Shown here: positions 39,771 to 41,262 of the stretch, piece by piece
Position numbering within the stretch: the stretch's first letter is position 1
How the letters are laid out: the number at the start of each line of letters is the position of its first letter
Virus record (IMG/VR): IMGVR_UViG_3300017691_000003
Span: 1 to 41,262 of that record
DNA length: 41,262 nt
Source of the DNA: a virus
Strand: one strand, 5' to 3'
The notes under the pieces: generated by a model
Told to the model about the DNA's origin: nothing
What the model saw: the letters and a program-made list of their open reading frames with translations, nothing else
Database searches by the model: none
Program-made: the position numbers and the translations under genes

Positions 39771-39783
39771 GGAAGGTAGAACG

Positions 39784-40032
39784 ATGACTGAGACAGCTTG
39801 GCAGGCGATTGACAGCGCGCCGAAGGATGGCGAGCCTTTCTTGGCATGGGCTGACGGCTATTCTTGGCCGGAAGTTATCAAATGGCAGGACTACGACGAT
39901 GCGGATCGCCATGAAACCGGCGAAGAAGGGTATTTTACCTATGCCGAGGAGCTGCTCGCCGACGTGACCGACCCTATTCCCGAGGACGAGCTAACCCACT
40001 GGATGCCGCTCCCGCCTCCACCCGCCAGCTAA
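39784..40032 (+). CDS. DUF551-like protein (copy 2)
   Basis: WQAIDSAPKDGEPFLAW...LTHWMPLPPPP. Confidence 0.65.
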   Translation: MTETAWQAIDSAPKDGEPFLAWADGYSWPEVIKWQDYDDADRHETGEEGYFTYAEELLADVTDPIPEDELTHWMPLPPPPAS

Positions 40033-40058
40033 CCCTCTAACCCCGGAGACCTACCCCC

Positions 40059-40262
40059 ATGACAGAGGACAAGAAGGGCGAGTGGCAGTTGATCGAGACT
40101 GCGCCGCGTGAGATCGAATTTCGGTACCTACTCGCCCATCGCTTTTCGGTTGTGACGGGGTACTGGGATGGCATGGCGTGGATCAACGAGCGCTCGCGTC
40201 GGGGAAGCGCGTTCAACCCGACCCACTGGATGCCACTGCCCACCACCCCGAACCGCCGGTAG
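40059..40262 (+). CDS. DUF551-like protein (copy 3)
   Basis: WQLIETAPREIEF...PTHWMPLPTTP. Confidence 0.65.
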   Translation: MTEDKKGEWQLIETAPREIEFRYLLAHRFSVVTGYWDGMAWINERSRRGSAFNPTHWMPLPTTPNRR

Positions 40263-40269
40263 AAGCGTG

Positions 40270-40647
40270 ATGCGCGGGGAGGAGGGCGGACGGGTGCTTG
40301 TCTGTGGCGGGCGTGACTTCTTCGACAACGCAACGATCGCTCGTGTGCTCGACAGCGTTTCCCCGCCGATCCGCGTGCTCATCAACGGCGGTGCGCCAGG
40401 TGCCGATCGTGGAGCTTGGCTGTGGTCGAAGCGCAAGGCTGACGTTCGGCGCGAAATGTACCTAGCGGATTGGGGGCTGCATGGCCGCGCCGCTGGTCCG
40501 ATCCGAAATCAGCGCATGATTGACGAGGGAAAGCCTGATCTCGTCGTTGCCTTTCCCGGCGGACGCGGCACGGCCGATATGGTGCGACGAGCTAGGGCGG
40601 CTGGTATCCCGGTGCGTGAGATCGCCAACACCCCTACACGCGATTGA
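40270..40647 (+). CDS. SLOG-superfamily protein, DUF2493/YspA-like (copy 2)
   Basis: RVLVCGGRDF...LINGGAPGAD...AGPIRNQRMIDEGKPDLVVAFPGGRGTADMVRRA. Start ATG 40270. The track extension to 40168 overlaps the DUF551 gene. Confidence 0.7.
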   Translation: MRGEEGGRVLVCGGRDFFDNATIARVLDSVSPPIRVLINGGAPGADRGAWLWSKRKADVRREMYLADWGLHGRAAGPIRNQRMIDEGKPDLVVAFPGGRGTADMVRRARAAGIPVREIANTPTRD

Positions 40648-40739
40648 GAGGAGAGAAGTAATGGATTTCGGACCTAGGCGCTAAAACTTCTAAGCCTGTT
40701 TTCGGTTGCTGTTATACTTATACCATTAAGAGTGATGCA

Positions 40740-40889
40740 ATGAACGATTATTTCAAGCGCACGGTTTCGTCCGGTAGGCAGTTGGAATTGCGGAATAAGT
40801 TTCTTCGTGCCGCAGGAATGACGGCGGCAGCAATCGCCCAGGAGCGCGCTGAGCGCGAACGAACAATTGGTACGGCATTAAAAAGCTGA
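40740..40889 (+). CDS. 49-aa ORF in a low-GC tail region
   Basis: MNDYFKRTVSSGRQLELRNKFLRAAGMTAAAIAQERAERERTIGTALKS*. Ends 5 nt before the terminator stem. No clear SD. Confidence 0.35.
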   Translation: MNDYFKRTVSSGRQLELRNKFLRAAGMTAAAIAQERAERERTIGTALKS

Positions 40890-40894
40890 AAGAA

Positions 40895-40933
40895 TATAGC
40901 CCCACCTGTTTGGAACGGTGGGGCTATAAATTT
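40895..40933. terminator. Bidirectional rho-independent terminator between convergent units
   Basis: TATAGCCCCACC-tgtttggaac-GGTGGGGCTATA (12-bp perfect stem) followed by AATTT. A/T-rich on both flanks. Lies between 40740..40889(+) and 40932..41192(-). Confidence 0.75.
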
Positions 40934-41192
40934 AACGCTCTAGTGAAATACCGGTCTCTTCGTAGAGGCGGCGCGGATACTGTATGCGCTCGTCGTCTAG
41001 CGGATAGCCAAGGCGCTCGTGGTCGGCGCGAGCGAGGGCATAAGCAACCTCGTAGGCAACTTCTTCGCTAGCAAACTCATTGCCAATCTGACGAGGGGTG
41101 CCGCCGACGACGGTTCCGCTGTTATCCTTCTCGCCCTCAAAGCGGGTAACGATATAGCGATCAATTTTGCGGACGCGGTATTCTACGAACAT
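40932..41192 (-). CDS. 86-aa hypothetical protein forming its own promoter-gene-terminator unit
   Basis: MFVEYRVRKIDRYIVTRFEGEKDNSG... Start ATG 41192 has GGAG 6 nt upstream (track start 41204 has none). The promoter is at 114..141 across the circular junction. GC is lower than the genome bulk. Confidence 0.6.
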   Translation of the reverse strand: MFVEYRVRKIDRYIVTRFEGEKDNSGTVVGGTPRQIGNEFASEEVAYEVAYALARADHERLGYPLDDERIQYPRRLYEETGISLER

Positions 41193-41262
41193 ATCAATCT
41201 CCATAGCGACCGACGCATCGGTCTAATGAACACTGCGGTTTGCAGCCCTTGAACTATACCAC
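41140..41262. repeat. Terminal direct repeat, right copy (identical to 1..123)
   Basis: See the left copy. Compared base by base. Confidence 0.9.

Noticed and set aside
40661-40684. 7-codon mini-ORF MDFGPRR* with a strong SD (GAGGAGA, 6 nt) just after the second SLOG gene.
   Set aside because: It is too short to evaluate and could be a chance ATG after a purine-rich tract. It is noted only as a possible leader peptide for the low-GC tail region.
1-41262. tRNA genes, CRISPR arrays, IS elements, integrase/attP, toxin-antitoxin pairs.
   Set aside because: I inspected the few non-coding gaps and the small-ORF regions. I found no cloverleaf-like sequence, no spaced direct repeats, no terminal inverted repeats and no recombinase motifs. 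The scan was by eye only and should be confirmed with tRNAscan-SE, minCED and HMM searches.

Overview
The window is a complete, visibly GC-rich tailed-phage genome. Bases 1-123 are identical to 41140-41262, so the unique length is 41,139 bp and the sequence is a linear permutation of a circular or circularly permuted genome. The repeat cuts through a gene and its promoter.

Architecture: two divergent transcription units leave a switch region at 33103-33214.
- The leftward (minus-strand) unit runs through early genes: Cro-like HTH, wHTH proteins, DUF551-like, RusA, Rmf/CrpP-like and a SLOG/DUF2493-like protein.
- It continues into a replication-type block (wHTH initiator-like, radical-SAM enzyme, SF2 helicase) and many small ORFs.
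- It then covers TerS/TerL, portal, scaffold, SU10-type major capsid, adaptor, nozzle-like protein, a GNAT-like protein, internal virion proteins with a lytic transglycosylase, tailspike and fiber genes, and a lysis cassette with GH19 endolysin and overlapped spanins.
- The rightward (plus-strand) unit carries small accessory genes and a recombination set (Erf, YqaJ-type exonuclease, DUF968-type HNH, NinB).
- It continues with a probably leaderless HTH gene, an acidic protein, a minimal cytosine-C5-methyltransferase-like protein, a low-GC T5orf172 gene, two more DUF551-like genes and a second SLOG/DUF2493-like gene.
- Both units converge on a bidirectional terminator at about 40895-40933.

More than 35 gene junctions are 1- or 4-nt start/stop overlaps (ATGA, GTGA, TAATG, TGATG). 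I used these to correct many ORF-track starts and to recover about 15 ORFs shorter than 60 aa. I saw no integrase, DNA polymerase, primase, tRNA, CRISPR array or reverse transcriptase.

Most interesting items:
- An orphan radical-SAM enzyme translationally coupled between an initiator-like protein and a helicase.
- A minimal C5-MTase-like protein lacking a recognisable SAM loop.
- Two inverted SLOG paralogs with a 34-codon block showing 14 synonymous and 0 nonsynonymous differences.
- A covarying two-tier hairpin followed by TCTAACGGCA and an SD, present once in each operon.
- A promoter-gene-terminator moron at the genome junction.

All functional calls come from motif recognition by eye. No database or structure searches were run.
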